A program made the position numbers and the translations under genes. The notes under the pieces were generated by a model. The model was not told where the DNA came from, did no database searches, and saw only the letters and a program-made list of their open reading frames with translations. A stretch of 60,474 bases of DNA, filler included, from Fonticula-like sp. SCN 57-25 (Eukaryota): assembly GCA_001724245.1 (NCBI GenBank). It is 5 parts of 5 records of this genome, joined end to end, with 100 filler letters (N's around TTAATTAATTAA, not from the genome) between each part and the next. Parts side by side here need not be neighbours in the genome. Positions count along the whole stretch, not along the records: positions 12,312 to 24,829 come from MEDX01000191.1; 4 more parts are not named here. The stretch is one strand, 5' to 3'. Positions within the stretch are counted from its first letter, which is position 1. Every line of letters begins with the position of its first letter. Below are positions 13,011 to 23,803 of this stretch, one piece after another.

Positions 13011-14257
13011 TCAGATGCCCACAATAGGTGCATCAGAGATGTCATCAAGTACAAACCATGTGCGCAGACATGCTAGCGCTTCCAACGTTTGCGCAGAGAG
13101 GCCGGTGCGACGATTGCCGACAATATGTCCCGTCAGGGAAAACGCTCGCTCGCTGGCGCATGACGACGGTTGCATACACAGGTACTTGCGCGCAATTTTT
13201 GCAATACCGGGGAAACGTTCTGCGTTGGCTCGCCACCACAAGGCGTGTCGTAGTTCGCTGGCCGCTTCGACGTTCTGAGATGCTTCGTCGACGCACGATA
13301 GTGTCCGTACTCGGACACAAGTCTGTCATCCTCGTCACTGCTTTCGCTACTTGGTGAACCGCGCTCATCGCCGGATGTGCGCTGCGGGTCCAGTTGCTGC
13401 GCCATCAAGCGCTTGACGCGCGCCCGCAGCACGTCGGGACTCGTCGACGAGGGCAGATGGTTGAACCGCAGGGCGCACGGGTCGCATGCGATGGCGAGCA
13501 AGACAGCGTCTGGTATTGTCATCCAATAGCCCTCGAATGCCCGCAACACTTGGCGTTTGGCATCGGAGCCGACGGCTGTCGTTGTTGACGTGGCATGAAT
13601 GGCGGTGTATGTGTCAGCCAAAATACTGAAGGCTCGACTTATCAAGCCGGCGCCAGACGCTGACAATGCAGTGGTGGCGGCCTTGATGTGGCCGAGAATG
13701 GTAGCCACCTCCTGGAGTGCGGCAAAGGTAGGGGAGTCACGCAATGGCGACATAAGCTTGTTAAAGGTGTCGAGCGTCGCCGCCATTGTCCCTTTCACAG
13801 TTGGGGGCGACAAGGCAATGACTGATGCGATGCGGCCGGGAAAGGCGTCCAAGGCGCTTTGAATAAGGGGGTCACAAAAGCGGGAGATCATCGTGTGGCG
13901 CGAGTCCCACCGCGTGGGGACATCCAGGAGGAGACCAGGCAACGCGTTGACCGGACGCATATCGCCTGACACGGCAGCAGCATCGCGGACCACATCCCGG
14001 AAAGACTGGCCGGCAGGACCACTCTGCTTGAAAAACTTGACAACGTCGCGTACAGCTCCTAGGGCATCGCTAATGCTCCGTGGGGCCTCGCTGCTGATAA
14101 AGGCATTGGACGGCTCCGAATCAAGATCCAAGACGTCATCATCGCTGATAGGAAGGGTGGGTCCATCAACATCGACGACATCTTGGTCTGCGTAAAGAAT
14201 TTTGTTTGCTGCAAGTTGAAGGGTGTGAGCAAAGCAGCGAAGCGACACAATGATCAT
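13011..14257 (-). mobile_element. hAT transposase, C-terminal half (frameshifted near 13240)
   Basis: RCFAHTLQL, DVPTRWDS, WWRANAERFPGIAKIARKYLCMQPSSCASERAFS (hAT dimerization domain). Confidence 0.9.
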
Positions 14258-15133
14258 GGTTCACTTTATGGTCGTCAAAGAGCGGTTCGTTGCACCCAGG
14301 TTACCCGAGCGTGATTGGCCAATGCTAAACGTAAGTTTAGGGACGGTTTGCTTGTCAAACTGTCTGCATACGGCCACTGCCTCGCCGTGTTGTGCAAGCT
14401 ACAGATCGACGACGATATGCAAGAGACGCTGTGTGGCTTGCAGCGGACAGCTGGAGGGGGGGAATGTGAGCGAATTTTCCCGCCTACCTGGCAATTTTTA
14501 TCAGAATTCGGCGGCACAGCGTCGCAATCCTGCCGTAGTTGAACGTCAATGTTGATGTGCCCCCTTACCGACAGCAGTACATTTATGAGAACCAGTTTAT
14601 CGGTGGTGTGTCTTTCGCAGGAGCCACTTCCAACAAAGCCCTTGGGGGAGGGCAAAGAGAACCACTACCGTTTCTGTGCTGCGATTGTTGCGTTGGACAA
14701 CATTCGAAAGCCGCGGTGGCCGCGACCGCCACTTCCACAAGAGAACGTCAGCGAGAGCAGCGAGCACATTTCTACAGTGTCCGCATCTGCGAACGATTGT
14801 TTTCGTGCTGCATTTGAGTCCCAGACTCTTGACGTTTCGGCCATAGAGAATGAGCGACTGGACGCCATCGTACGGAACGTCAAACGTAATACAAGTAGAA
14901 GACCAAATTCGCGTGCTCGACTGCTCATCAGGAGGTTCGGACTTTGAAGAGACGTTGTGTGCGGTAAATGATCGCGCGTCGTCTGCTATTGAACGCAGTG
15001 AAAATGTAAGCGCACACTGGCGACGCGCTCTTCTACTCTGGGAACAAATAGAGGTCCGACCCGGGTCCGGGTCAGGAATTGCCGACCCGGCCACCCGCTA
15101 GGCCCGGATCTGCCCCGGATTATTCGGAGTCTA

Positions 15134-16291
15134 GTGTTGCACCTGCTATTTGCAATGGGCGCGAGGGGGCAAAAACGAGCAGGTGAACCACACCAAGGCG
15201 CGGAAACCGGTTCCAACACTCGCCGGCGGGTAACCAACCCTCCCGCCCGCTTCAGCGAGTTTGTTGCGGACACCGGCATTCCCATATGTCGACATTTTCA
15301 GGCTGGATCGAGCGAGCCGACCACACCAAGCGAGCAGTTTACCTCGCTGTCCGCAGCGACGCGGCATGCCCGCGGCTCTGATGAGCAAAGAACATCGTCG
15401 ATCGGACTAAGTGCGTTATTGTATATTGAACCACTGTGCATTAAACATTTGGCTTTAGTGCCCGCCGCCACCGCCACGAGTGTGCCCGTCCACTTTTCTG
15501 CCACTTTGCCTCGCGCATCAGCAGCTTCCAACACCCCAGAAACGCCAAGCGTGATCCCCGTTCCGAACGAGCCTCGTCGCTATATAACCGGGCCAGCTCC
15601 GTTGCGCTTTTTTGCACCGGTGGTGGTGCCGGCCGGAAACACGCCAACACCAGGGCGAACAACCACGATCCGATGCCAAATTTATGGCTGCAGTAAGGCA
15701 TACGCTTATAAGCAAGGTGACGGAACGGGCACTATTGGACGGCATTTGAAAATCGCGCACAGAATTCTCGACGAGGAGATTTGTGACGTTGCCTGGGTCG
15801 AGAAACTGTTTGCCAATGACGGGAAGCTGGCATCCAACCGACAGCTGACGCTCGACAACTTTGTCGGCAGCGTGAGGTCAACCGCTCAAGACCAGCAATT
15901 GAGCTTTTTACGAATGGTTGTGGACTGCAACCTTCCTTTGACATTCGTGGAGCAACAGAGTGTGCGGGATTATTGGAAGCTCACTACGTTGACCCTTCCA
16001 TCGTCATCGGCGTTGAACGACTTGGTTTTACGTGCTCATTCGCTCTCCCGGCTGAACCTCCACAGCTGGCTTCAACAGCAGGAAGGCGTCAGCATTACGG
16101 CGGACCATTGGAGGTCTCCACGCGGTCACCCAATCCTTGTCGTCACTGCGCACTTCCTCGATCGACACTTTTCAACGGCATCCTGCATTTTGGCAGTTCG
16201 CGAGGCTCCACATCCGCACATAGGAGACGCTATCGCCTCTCAAATTGCGGACAAGTTTGGGGTGATTTTTGCATTGAACAGGGGATGTTAA
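15134..16291 (+). mobile_element. hAT transposase, N-terminal half (BED zinc finger and first catalytic Asp), truncated
   Basis: IRCQIYGC...GTGTIGRHLKIAH BED finger; VDCNLPLTFVE; SITADHWRS..ILVVTAHFLD; PHPHIGDAIA. Confidence 0.85.
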
Positions 16292-16438
16292 GGTGGGAAT
16301 AAAACATGGCATGTGTGGATGGGGTACCGTCCGGACCAATGCGTTGTTAAGGCCGGTGGTGACCTGTCACAAAAGCTGCTCAAGATCACCTAACCCAATT
16401 TTTGGCTCAGCGGCCGAAAAGGTGCGACGCGGGAGTTT

Positions 16439-16894
16439 ATGATGGCTCCACGCGGGCACGCTGTGAATCGGGATTTTGCACGCTGGCGCGAGACATGGCA
16501 ACCTATTGGTGGGGTGTACAGGGTCGTTCGCGACAGCTTGATGCACGCTGGTCAGACCAAGGTCAGCTTTGAGGGAGTCAAGATCAACTACGGAAAGTGG
16601 GAGACCGGCAACTCGAACGACACGAGCGAGTACGCTCTCGACTGCCATGCACACCTGCATTTGCTCCTATCACGCGCGGCAATTGAGGCGCTCTGGAACG
16701 ACGAGGGATGCAAGTGCCTTCGCGGCCGCATCGAAGACTCGGACGACTACATTGAGGAGGACTGCCGTGATCTTGAGCAGTTCCGCCTTATCTCTCTTGA
16801 GCACCGTTTGCTCGAACAAGACGTTCAGGAACTCAAGGGTGACGTTAAGGCCATACTACAACTGCTTCGGCAACTAAAACAGAACCAAGGGTGA
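16439..16894 (+). CDS. HIT-like (HxHxH) domain ORF with C-terminal coiled coil; probably 5'-truncated
   Basis: INYGKWE...DCHAHLHLLL motif. Confidence 0.5.
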   Translation: MMAPRGHAVNRDFARWRETWQPIGGVYRVVRDSLMHAGQTKVSFEGVKINYGKWETGNSNDTSEYALDCHAHLHLLLSRAAIEALWNDEGCKCLRGRIEDSDDYIEEDCRDLEQFRLISLEHRLLEQDVQELKGDVKAILQLLRQLKQNQG

Positions 16895-17248
16895 GTGAGA
16901 AAAGTCGTGCCATTTTTGTTTAAGAGCAAGACAAGCGTGCTTTTCAGGCCCCCATTAGTGTCAGTTTGTTTTTGTTCAAAAAAGCGCATAAATATAAAAA
17001 AAGTTAAGTGTGTCTTGTCTTCATCCTTGTGTGTATTTTTCCGCCGCTGTCAAACATCATGCGTGCACTGTTTGTTGTGCGGAATGGAAAAAAAAATGTT
17101 GATAATAGAAAGAGATAATAGGATGGGTAAATTTGATGCACAAATTGGACGCGGCAACGTAACGAATTATTTATATAGACTGATTGAGTATATTTGAAAA
17201 CAACTAGAAGAAGGAAAGATTCCAAGACCACAGACACTCTTATTGACG

Positions 17249-18202
17249 TTACCAAGAAAGGCGTTTCATATTCTTCAAAGCACATTCAATTGCCGTTCTA
17301 ACGAGCTCATCCATTCTCGATTCATATGGAGGATGCGCGAGTTTTCCCCTGCTGCCATGTTGACGGTTAAGTAGATATTTGAGGCAGTGAAGAGTTGGAT
17401 TGCACGATGGCGACGAAGCATCCCAAAATTTCTTGGCGGTTCTCAAGAGTGACTCGATCAACAAATACTCCAAAGCAAACGCTGCGTCTCGTGTCAATCC
17501 GCTCCATATCTTGCCACCATGGATAGGCTCTTTCTTTCCAAGAAAGCAAAACCTCAGATACTGGTGCAGAGGCACTTTAGAATCAGGCAAACGTGCGTCT
17601 CTGCAATGTGACTCAAACCGATCTCCGGTCCCAGAGCCAACGTAGTAAATGTCCACTGAATCAGACACGTTCGCCTTCTTCCTCGAGAAAAGATAGACAT
17701 ACGAGGATGCTTCCTCGTTGCCGACGTCGAACAAGGAGTCGAAGAGTGTTGATTGGAAACTAATCCTCTGCAAATCGAGATCGTCTGCCATCACATCTGC
17801 CGAGCCAGTAGAATCACGTTGAATCACTGCAACTAAAGTAGTAGCACCTTCACCACAAACATCAGCCTCTGCACCGCTAGCACCGCTAGCACTGGCACCA
17901 GCGCTACCAGCAGCGAGTTCGACGTCGCGCGCAGCGATGTCAGCGATGTATGACTTTTCCCATTCTGCCGTGAAATGAGTTTGAAGGAAAGTCTCAATCT
18001 TGCCCATTGACGTCGCGCTAGGGGTAGAAGTCATCCAGTTCCCAATTGATGTACCCGACACACCAACGGCACGTCCGAGCTCACCCTGCGTTTTGCGATA
18101 ACGTCGAGCGTAAAATCGAAACCGCCGAAGAACCTGTAACGATTCCATGGTGGAAAAATTCACACGACGCTCCGTGTCAGTGTCTGCCACGACCTCCGAC
18201 AT
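17249..18202 (-). CDS. XRE-type HTH + GIY-YIG (LEM-3/ANKLE1-like) nuclease
   Basis: KTQGELGRAVGVSGTSIGNW HTH; YVYLF...YYVGSGTGDRFESH, AFALEYLLI, LLNRQHG. Confidence 0.7.
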   Translation of the reverse strand: MSEVVADTDTERRVNFSTMESLQVLRRFRFYARRYRKTQGELGRAVGVSGTSIGNWMTSTPSATSMGKIETFLQTHFTAEWEKSYIADIAARDVELAAGSAGASASGASGAEADVCGEGATTLVAVIQRDSTGSADVMADDLDLQRISFQSTLFDSLFDVGNEEASSYVYLFSRKKANVSDSVDIYYVGSGTGDRFESHCRDARLPDSKVPLHQYLRFCFLGKKEPIHGGKIWSGLTRDAAFALEYLLIESLLRTAKKFWDASSPSCNPTLHCLKYLLNRQHGSRGKLAHPPYESRMDELVRTAIECALKNMKRLSW

Positions 18203-18593
18203 GTTCCTCCTCCTTACGCAGATGAACAGCAGCACCCACCGAGTACCGCACCACCCACCGCCGCAATTTCCCGTGTCTTGATTGGTCCAAACAAAGCACT
18301 GATTGGTCTACACAAGTTTTCAATCACACCTCAGATCCTGAATTACACCCCCTGATTCTGTCGACAATTGCGGCTTGTGCTCGTGCTTGCTCCCTGCTCT
18401 TGCAATTGTTCGCACGTAGTAGTACTTCTTACCATTCAGGCCGAACCGATAAAATGGTCCTTCCATATCCTTCCCTTCATTATTGGGATTATACTATTAT
18501 GCCAAGTAATTATAAGAGCAACCGATATATTGATGACCATGGGAAGCATTCACACGGTACAGGCAATGCAAAAAAGAGCGCATGCCTTGGCGT

Positions 18594-19136
18594 TCAGTTA
18601 GACTGACTAGAGGAAGGAGCAGAGGAGCTAGAAAATGGTTGACTCGAATTCGGCTCGCTCGAGAATGGAATAGGCTTTGGCGCCCTGAAAGAGTACTCAT
18701 CCTCGGAGTCAGCGTCGCTGGGCAATATGTCTTGAGGAACATAAACGAGGCTAAGGAATTTCTCGCCCTTGTGGCGTGAAGAGCTGGATTCCTCAATGAG
18801 GAGAAGACAAGTTACCGTCTTTCCGTCCATCTCCAAGTGCGCACGAGCAGGGTGATAAATGAGCCTAGCAACTCTAATAACTCGTCAAAAAAAGAAAAAA
18901 ACGTGGCGAGCGTACTTTCCGTTGTCGACACGGACGCTCTCTTTCCTAAAGGTGGCGTTGTACAGTTTCGCCGTTGCCTCAATGGTGCTCACGTCCTCGC
19001 GAAGGTAGCAATAGGTGACGTAGTCCATCGCCATGGGAGGATTTGGCCAATTAGCCCCCGGTATATTCTGGAGGCCAGCTCGTGGCGCTAGTCCTTCGAC
19101 TGTGAGCTGGCGTGTGCCTACGACGTGCTGGCTCAT
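18594..19136 (-). CDS. Hypothetical protein, 2 exons (intron 18915-18865)
   Basis: A GTACGC...CTAG phase-2 intron joins MSQHVVG...NGK to LIYHPARAHLEMDGK in frame. Confidence 0.5.
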
Positions 19137-19388
19137 GGTGGATGGCGGTTGTGGTTGGCGCGTCCTGCAAAGTTCCCTGATTTCATTGGACGAAACAAAG
19201 GATTTGATTGGTCTACGCAAAATAGCAAATCAACAATCTGCGCAATGAAGAAGGACTGAAGGAGGATATATTCGCCACCGTGGCAAGCATTCACACGGTA
19301 CAAGCTACTAAACTAAACTAAAAGATGGTACTACAGCTCACAACAAGGTAATACAGCGCACAGCCATATAGTCCAGCAATCCACCCCA

Positions 19389-19823
19389 TTACTCGTCATC
19401 GTCCGAGACATCCTCGAATGTCGCCGCGTAGTCCTTAAGAAGCGCCTTCGTGTTCGCGAGGATCTGGTTGCAGTGCGGGCGGTCAATAGTGTTGGAACGG
19501 GAAGCTTGGATGAACTGGCCGATAGTGGCGAGGTCCTGGGTAACCTTGGTGATGACCTTAACATACTCGGTGTCGGGCAGCTTACGACGGCGGCGCGCTT
19601 CAATCGCTCTCTCAACCATCTTGGGGCTTGAGACGTCGGCAATACGCGGCGCCTTAACGGGAGTTGCGGCACGAACTTGAAGAGCAGCAACTTGAGCAGC
19701 AACTGCACCGATGTCCAAACCGTCGACGACCTGAGCGGGTGCAGCTTGGCCATCGTCAAACGCATCACCATCCACAGCAGCAGCAGCAGCGGGGGCCTTG
19801 ACCATACGCTTCTTAGCCGACAT
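19389..19823 (-). CDS. Hypothetical helical protein with acidic tail
   Basis: MSAKKRMVK... ORF with coding-like codon bias. Confidence 0.5.
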   Translation of the reverse strand: MSAKKRMVKAPAAAAAVDGDAFDDGQAAPAQVVDGLDIGAVAAQVAALQVRAATPVKAPRIADVSSPKMVERAIEARRRRKLPDTEYVKVITKVTQDLATIGQFIQASRSNTIDRPHCNQILANTKALLKDYAATFEDVSDDDE

Positions 19824-20321
19824 CGTGGGGAATCGTCGCGGTCCTAGAGGAGGGAAGCAGACAGAGAGTGAGGAACTACGGAATCGGTGACAAGTTGGTG
19901 TGGTGTACCTTTTAACTTCCATCATCGCTTAAAAAAGTCTGCACGATTGCGTCACCATGCGCCATCTGCGCAATCAAAACTATGATGCTAACTTTGAGTT
20001 GGCCAACTAGTTAGCATAAAAATTATAAACGATGGGATTAAACAAGCGCACCGGGATCGTGCACCATGGCGGGAATGGCTGCGGAAATCCTGCGACTCCG
20101 TGCTGTCTACATCGAGTTTAGCGAACAACTGAACAATGAACCAAGCTTCACGTTTTCGGCTGTATCACGAGGAAGCGAACGGTTAATGTGCAACGAAATA
20201 ATGGGCGAAGTTAAGAGACTGGAACGACACAATAACAAGATCATCGAGCATCAACAAGAATTAGTACAGTAATCCAATTTGAAATACGTGTCTGGACATG
20301 GATTTCATTTTGATAGGCAAA

Positions 20322-20440
20322 TTGAAATCCGGATTTCATACTTTTTTGAAACCAAATGAACTGGGATTTTCGAAATCCCGCCGGATTTCAATCCTCGATA
20401 AACAATTATGGATTTGAAATCCGGATTTTGAAACCAAATG
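20322..20440. repeat. Cluster of palindromic GAAATCCGGATTT and TTTTGAAACCAAATG repeats
   Basis: ttgaaatccggatttc, ttttgaaaccaaatg, gaaatcccgccggatttc, tttgaaatccggattttgaaaccaaatg. Confidence 0.6.
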
Positions 20441-20734
20441 GACCCTAATTTCATTAATAAACGAATAAAACCCCTAAGCAATATATTAACCCTAAATCTG
20501 ACTGCCATTAAAACTCATTGGCGCAAAAAAGCTACTCCATCTAACCAAAATAAAAGTTACAATACTGTGGAATAAAAATGCAACACTTATCAAAGAAAGG
20601 ATCACTTGTCATACATGGCAGCTGCTAGAAGGATTGCTACCACATGAAAGGCCGAAGAATTGGAAAAAATACAGAGAGAACACGACACATCAGCGAAGGT
20701 ATCGTTCATCTCAAGAGTATCATCAACTAACCTT

Positions 20735-21718
20735 TCATTCCTCCTCACCGTCACTGGTAAGTTCCTTTAATTCATCGAGCACCTCCTTAATGAGTTCGAC
20801 GTGCTTTTGAAAGCGGTCTGGGTCACGAGCCATAGCACCAGGGTGCATAGAATAAATGATGCTTGGGTTACGACTCTTCGACTCCTTTGTTCTGGCTTCC
20901 AAATTAAAGCCATACGATCCGTTCTTGCCAAATTTGTTCGATTGAGTATGATCAAAATGGGAGGAAGTAAGTTTGACGTCCTTACCACCGACAGCAACAT
21001 CGACCACCCAGGCGGCCTGTGACCCGAAGACCAGAATCAGCTGTGGTTTGACGTTCTCAACAACCTTCACCATGTACGGAACACCGAGGAGAGCATGCCA
21101 GAGGCATACTATTGGCAAAGGACTACTATCGTCCGTCGCATTCTTCGCATTCTCACCTGCTTCATCCTGCACGACAGCCTGCTTCGTCTTCCGTTTTGGT
21201 TCATCAAGCACTTTTCGGGCACACTCTTCATCAGACTGTACCTTTTTCCATAGCAATAAAGGAAATGCGTCAACGAGATAGCAATTATTCAAAGAAAAAG
21301 AAAATTTTTGGAGCTTTTCTTCAAGAGCCGCAATGGTTGCTGCGAATTCTCCATTGGAGGCACGACGAAATGGATTCCATCCCTTGTCAACAGTAGATTT
21401 TGGAATGGTATCTACTGACGGCCCTAGGAAAACGCAAAGTACACGATTCTTGACCTTCTTATTCGTCTCCGGGCAGACAAGGTACGGAAACGGGGCCTTG
21501 AAACCTGCCGAGGGTTGAACTTGGTGTAATTCAGCTAACTTGGTCAGAGAATCGGTAGCGACAGCTTCCAAAGCAGCAGTGATTGTGTCGGCGGGGGAGC
21601 TTGCGCTCGCTTGAGCACGCGACGCCTCTTTGTCTTCGTCATCAATAAACTCATTTGAAGCGGTGCCTGAGGCCTCAACAGGTGAGCCGCCACGAACGGG
21701 CGAATCTTGGCTTGACAT
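20735..21718 (-). CDS. Uracil-DNA glycosylase superfamily-like protein
   Basis: VLCVFLGPS, NNCYLVDAFP, VKPQLILVFGSQA and IIYSMHPGA follow the UDG-fold motif order. Confidence 0.55.
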   Translation of the reverse strand: MSSQDSPVRGGSPVEASGTASNEFIDDEDKEASRAQASASSPADTITAALEAVATDSLTKLAELHQVQPSAGFKAPFPYLVCPETNKKVKNRVLCVFLGPSVDTIPKSTVDKGWNPFRRASNGEFAATIAALEEKLQKFSFSLNNCYLVDAFPLLLWKKVQSDEECARKVLDEPKRKTKQAVVQDEAGENAKNATDDSSPLPIVCLWHALLGVPYMVKVVENVKPQLILVFGSQAAWVVDVAVGGKDVKLTSSHFDHTQSNKFGKNGSYGFNLEARTKESKSRNPSIIYSMHPGAMARDPDRFQKHVELIKEVLDELKELTSDGEEE

Positions 21719-22129
21719 TGAAGAAATTTGCTTATGACGCGGAGCAAAGATAACACAGTGTACTTCGCGACAACAGGCGAGCAGTGAGAATGGTACGACT
21801 ACTGGATAAAGGAAGGGAACACACAAGCCCCTCGGACCAATCAGCTTAAAAGGCAGACTCCACCCCTGTATATCACAACTTTTGCTCATCACCCCCACCC
21901 ACCGTTTGCAATCCTTGGACTACAGTATGTATCAAAACGCAATCCCACAGCGGTTAAAAATTATTGGCCATGGCTCGCGTCTTCATTTACTTTCTGCCAG
22001 GCCGCTTCCTGAACCGTTTTTGTTTCTTTGTGATGAGCCAAGGCCGCCATTGACGATGCCGCCGGCACTCACCAATAGTGAAGGCACCATGTCACGTCAC
22101 GGGAGGTCACCCACTTGGAGAAACACCGT

Positions 22130-23200
22130 TACATGATGGAGCTGGCGTTCAAGGTTCCTAGTTTTCGCGGCGTTCAAGCCGACGTTACCCTTCATTCAGC
22201 CATTCGCGGAGAGGGTGATGTGGAAGACTGGAGGTTAAAAGACGTTTCTTTTTGCTGTCCCGGCTGTGTGGTCCTCCCGCTCATCTCGCTAGTGGAGGAT
22301 ATGTACGAACAACTTATTTCCAAGCAGATCGGAACGGTGTATGTGCACCACCAGCTCCCCGCCGACAGAATCCGGTACGCGAGTCACGGATTGTTGTTGA
22401 GGAAGAGCGAGTGGTTTGGGTTGGTCTCCTTATACCTCCTGCTGACCCGACGCGCCTCTCCAGGCTGGCCTCCGACAAGCTTGTTGCGTTTTTCAAGCTG
22501 GCGAAGACTGTACTAGTTACTCCGGAGAAAGCTGTGCGGCCCGATTTCCTAGCGCTCTTGCGCTCACACGGCCGTTGCGGTTCGTCGTCGACGGGCTCAC
22601 GAGGCATACTGCATCCTCGAGTGGGGGGACTTTCGCCCTGCCTACAACGCACTCGGTTTGCTTAAGGAGACGTTTCCCCAGAGCCACATTATTGCCATGA
22701 CGGGTACTGCCTCTCACGTCTCCGCAACCGAGATCGCGAGAGTGCTGCGATGCCCAGCGCCGCGCATCGTATTGGGGGACATCGACCGCGGGGAAATCTC
22801 GCATCAAGCCAGGTCAGACCGAAATGGACGAAGCATTCGCCAAGCATTTGAGTCGCTCTTTGAGCTCCTAACGAGGCACCGAACTGAGACGGGTATTGTG
22901 TGTGTCGCCTCTGTCAGGAGCTGCGCGCTCGTCGTCGAGACGATCCGCGAGTGATTTGTATGGAATTGCCGGCCGCTACGTACCACGCTTAAGTGAATTA
23001 TCAAGAATAGCAAGCGCGCGCGTCAGTGGGCTTCTGGTGCCGTCAGGGTAATGGTCGCAACTTAGGCTTTGGCATAGGAATCAACAATCTTGCATGCCGC
23101 TTCGTCATACATCCTCAAATGCCAGCTTCCTTGGCCACCCTGCAGCAGGAGAGCGACCGCACTGGCTGAGACGGTCGTTCTTCTTTCTGATCTTCTTGCC
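22130..23200 (+). pseudogene. RecQ-family helicase pseudogene
   Basis: Fragments in shifting frames with stops: FRGVQAD, VVLPLISLVEDM, VTPEK, HCILEWG.DFRPAY, IIAMTGTA, VMVAT*.FGIGIN. Confidence 0.8.
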
Positions 23201-23525
23201 ACGCGCTCGGATCACGCGATATGGGCACTTGTGCTGTCCAAATCGGCTCGCGAGCTCGTGGTCAAGGAGCTTTGGCCGATTCAAGGTGCCGGAAGGTGTT
23301 GCAACAAAAGGACATTTTGCGTGTCGATTTTCATTTGACTAAATTGACGACTACTCATTTTGCGGCAGCGTGAAATGTCGCCTTTGTCGGGCTGCTTGCC
23401 CCTGGTGAGAAAGATATGGCACTCGCTATACATTATGGCAATTGTACATATTTGTTTTTCCCTTTAAGCATTCCCCCTCCCCTCCCTCCCTCGTTCACCC
23501 CATTTTCTTCCTTCTCCCGTCTTAA

Positions 23526-23803
23526 TTAAGGGTGGACTCCAGGCCAATCTGTTTGCCCTTCTAGAAAATGTAGTTCAGAGTCTGTCTCGGTCGGTTTGCA
23601 AAAGGTGGGAAGGCGGGTGGGATCTTGACGGCTCCAAATCGGCGCCATCGTATTTAGGCACGTTTCACAAGCACCAATATACTTTAGAAGAGCCAACGAT
23701 AAGTGAACTCTCAGATTCCGCACAAAAAGTTTACCATCTCAATCTTGATATCCCCCACGGACATATTATATGATTTTGATTATGGGGTGGAGTCCACCCT
23801 TAA
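23526..23803. mobile_element. MITE, about 270 bp, GGGTGGACTCCA termini with TTAA TSD (Kolobok-like)
   Basis: Perfect 17-bp inverted repeat attaagggtggactcca (23525-23541) / tggagtccacccttaat (23788-23804). Confidence 0.8.

Noticed and set aside
14260-15050. Stop-interrupted plus-strand ORF pieces between the hAT halves
   Set aside because: No recognisable family; product cannot be supported
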